From Eledone cirrhosa (taxonomy: Eukaryota): a stretch of 64,000 nucleotides of DNA. Positions within the stretch are counted from its first letter, which is position 1. Every line of letters begins with the position of its first letter. Positions 63,160 through 64,000 of the stretch are shown one piece after another. The notes below the pieces were generated by a model. The model did not search any database and was not told the DNA's origin. It saw nothing but the letters and a program-made list of their open reading frames with translations. The stretch is from positions 159,588,001 to 159,652,000 of the forward strand of contig OZ024743.1 of the NCBI GenBank assembly GCA_964016885.1, given 5' to 3'. The position numbers were made by a program, and so were the translations under genes.

Positions 63160-63194
63160 TTTCTGATGAAGGACTAGCGTCCGAAACATTAAGA
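63160..63194 (+). ncRNA. Minimal type I hammerhead motif
   Basis: ttt-CTGATGA-a-ggac tagc gtcc-GAAA-cat-TA-aga; canonical core, 4-bp stem II, weak stem I. Confidence 0.65.
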
Positions 63195-63314
63195 CCCTCT
63201 TCCTGCTATATGAAACGTTAACTTAATATATACCTTCCATATACTGTACCGATTGTGTTGTGATTACTGTTTACCTTTTACATACACGCACACACACATA
63301 TATATATATATATA

Positions 63315-63938
63315 CTAGCAGATGTACCCGGCGTTGCTAGGGAAATGAATGACAGCCTGTTTGTCGGTATAAAGAGAGCCAAAGGTTGAGCAAATAATTG
63401 AAATGTAATTGTAAAAAAAAGTTTAACAAAATGGGTGTACACTGACATGATTGAGTGAAATAAACGGCAACATAAAAACAATTCATGGGGTAGCTTGAGT
63501 TAATTGACGTGAATGATTTCAGGTCCGGCATTGCTGTAGTAGGTATGAGTAAGGGGATAAAGACGGAATAGACGCACCGTATGTCCTTCAGTAGACTAAA
63601 CCCTATGCGTAAGATGGCGCTGCCACTACCACGTTGAGCATCCACTGGACATAGAAATATCATTCCTTGATGCAAATCGGCCTAGTACTTCAAAAGTTGA
63701 AAGGAGCCTAGTATTTGTACACAGACAGATACACACACAAAATCAATTTTTCGGCCCCAATATCGTTTCTTTTCAAATTTGTTTTTGTCCAAAACCTGCT
63801 CTGGCATATAAGCAACATGTGTGCCAAATTTGGTTGAAATCGGCCTAGTACTTCAAAAGTTAAAAGGAGCTTAGTATTTGTACATAGACAGACACACACA
63901 GACACACACACTGACCGACTTGCTTTTATATATATAGA
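63315..63938 (-). mobile_element. Non-autonomous Helitron-like element
   Basis: Minus strand starts A|TCtatatatataaaagc and ends with hairpin ccctagcaacgccggg plus CTAG|T; internal direct repeat of about 63 bp (63674 and 63837). Confidence 0.8.
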
Positions 63939-64000
63939 TAACGAAGGAAGTGTGGAAAGGAACTAGATAGACCATAACGCACCAGAGTACTCAATACTTA

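Overview
AT-rich, microsatellite-dense eukaryotic DNA with no host protein-coding gene that I can support. The SINE families suggest a coleoid cephalopod, probably Octopus (inference from memory, not searched). The window is mostly decayed transposable elements: an RTE LINE, a CRE-like RLE LINE, Dong/R4-like LINEs and L1/Tx1-like LINEs clustered on (AAT)n repeats, about 14 tRNA-derived SINEs, several Penelope-like elements (one near full length, Neptune-like), one internally deleted Rep/helicase Helitron with 23-aa STPR-like repeats, and two non-autonomous Helitrons. The main unannotated signal, found by eye, is about 17 type I hammerhead ribozyme motifs, intact or decayed, from several families. 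They sit in Penelope pseudo-LTRs and in short non-coding tandem/inverted (retrozyme-like) units. Three apparently unrelated families carry the compensatory U3-A8 core (UUGANAA) instead of CUGANGA. One repeat unit is truncated within 1 nt of its predicted self-cleavage site. All coordinates were read by hand and boundaries are approximate.
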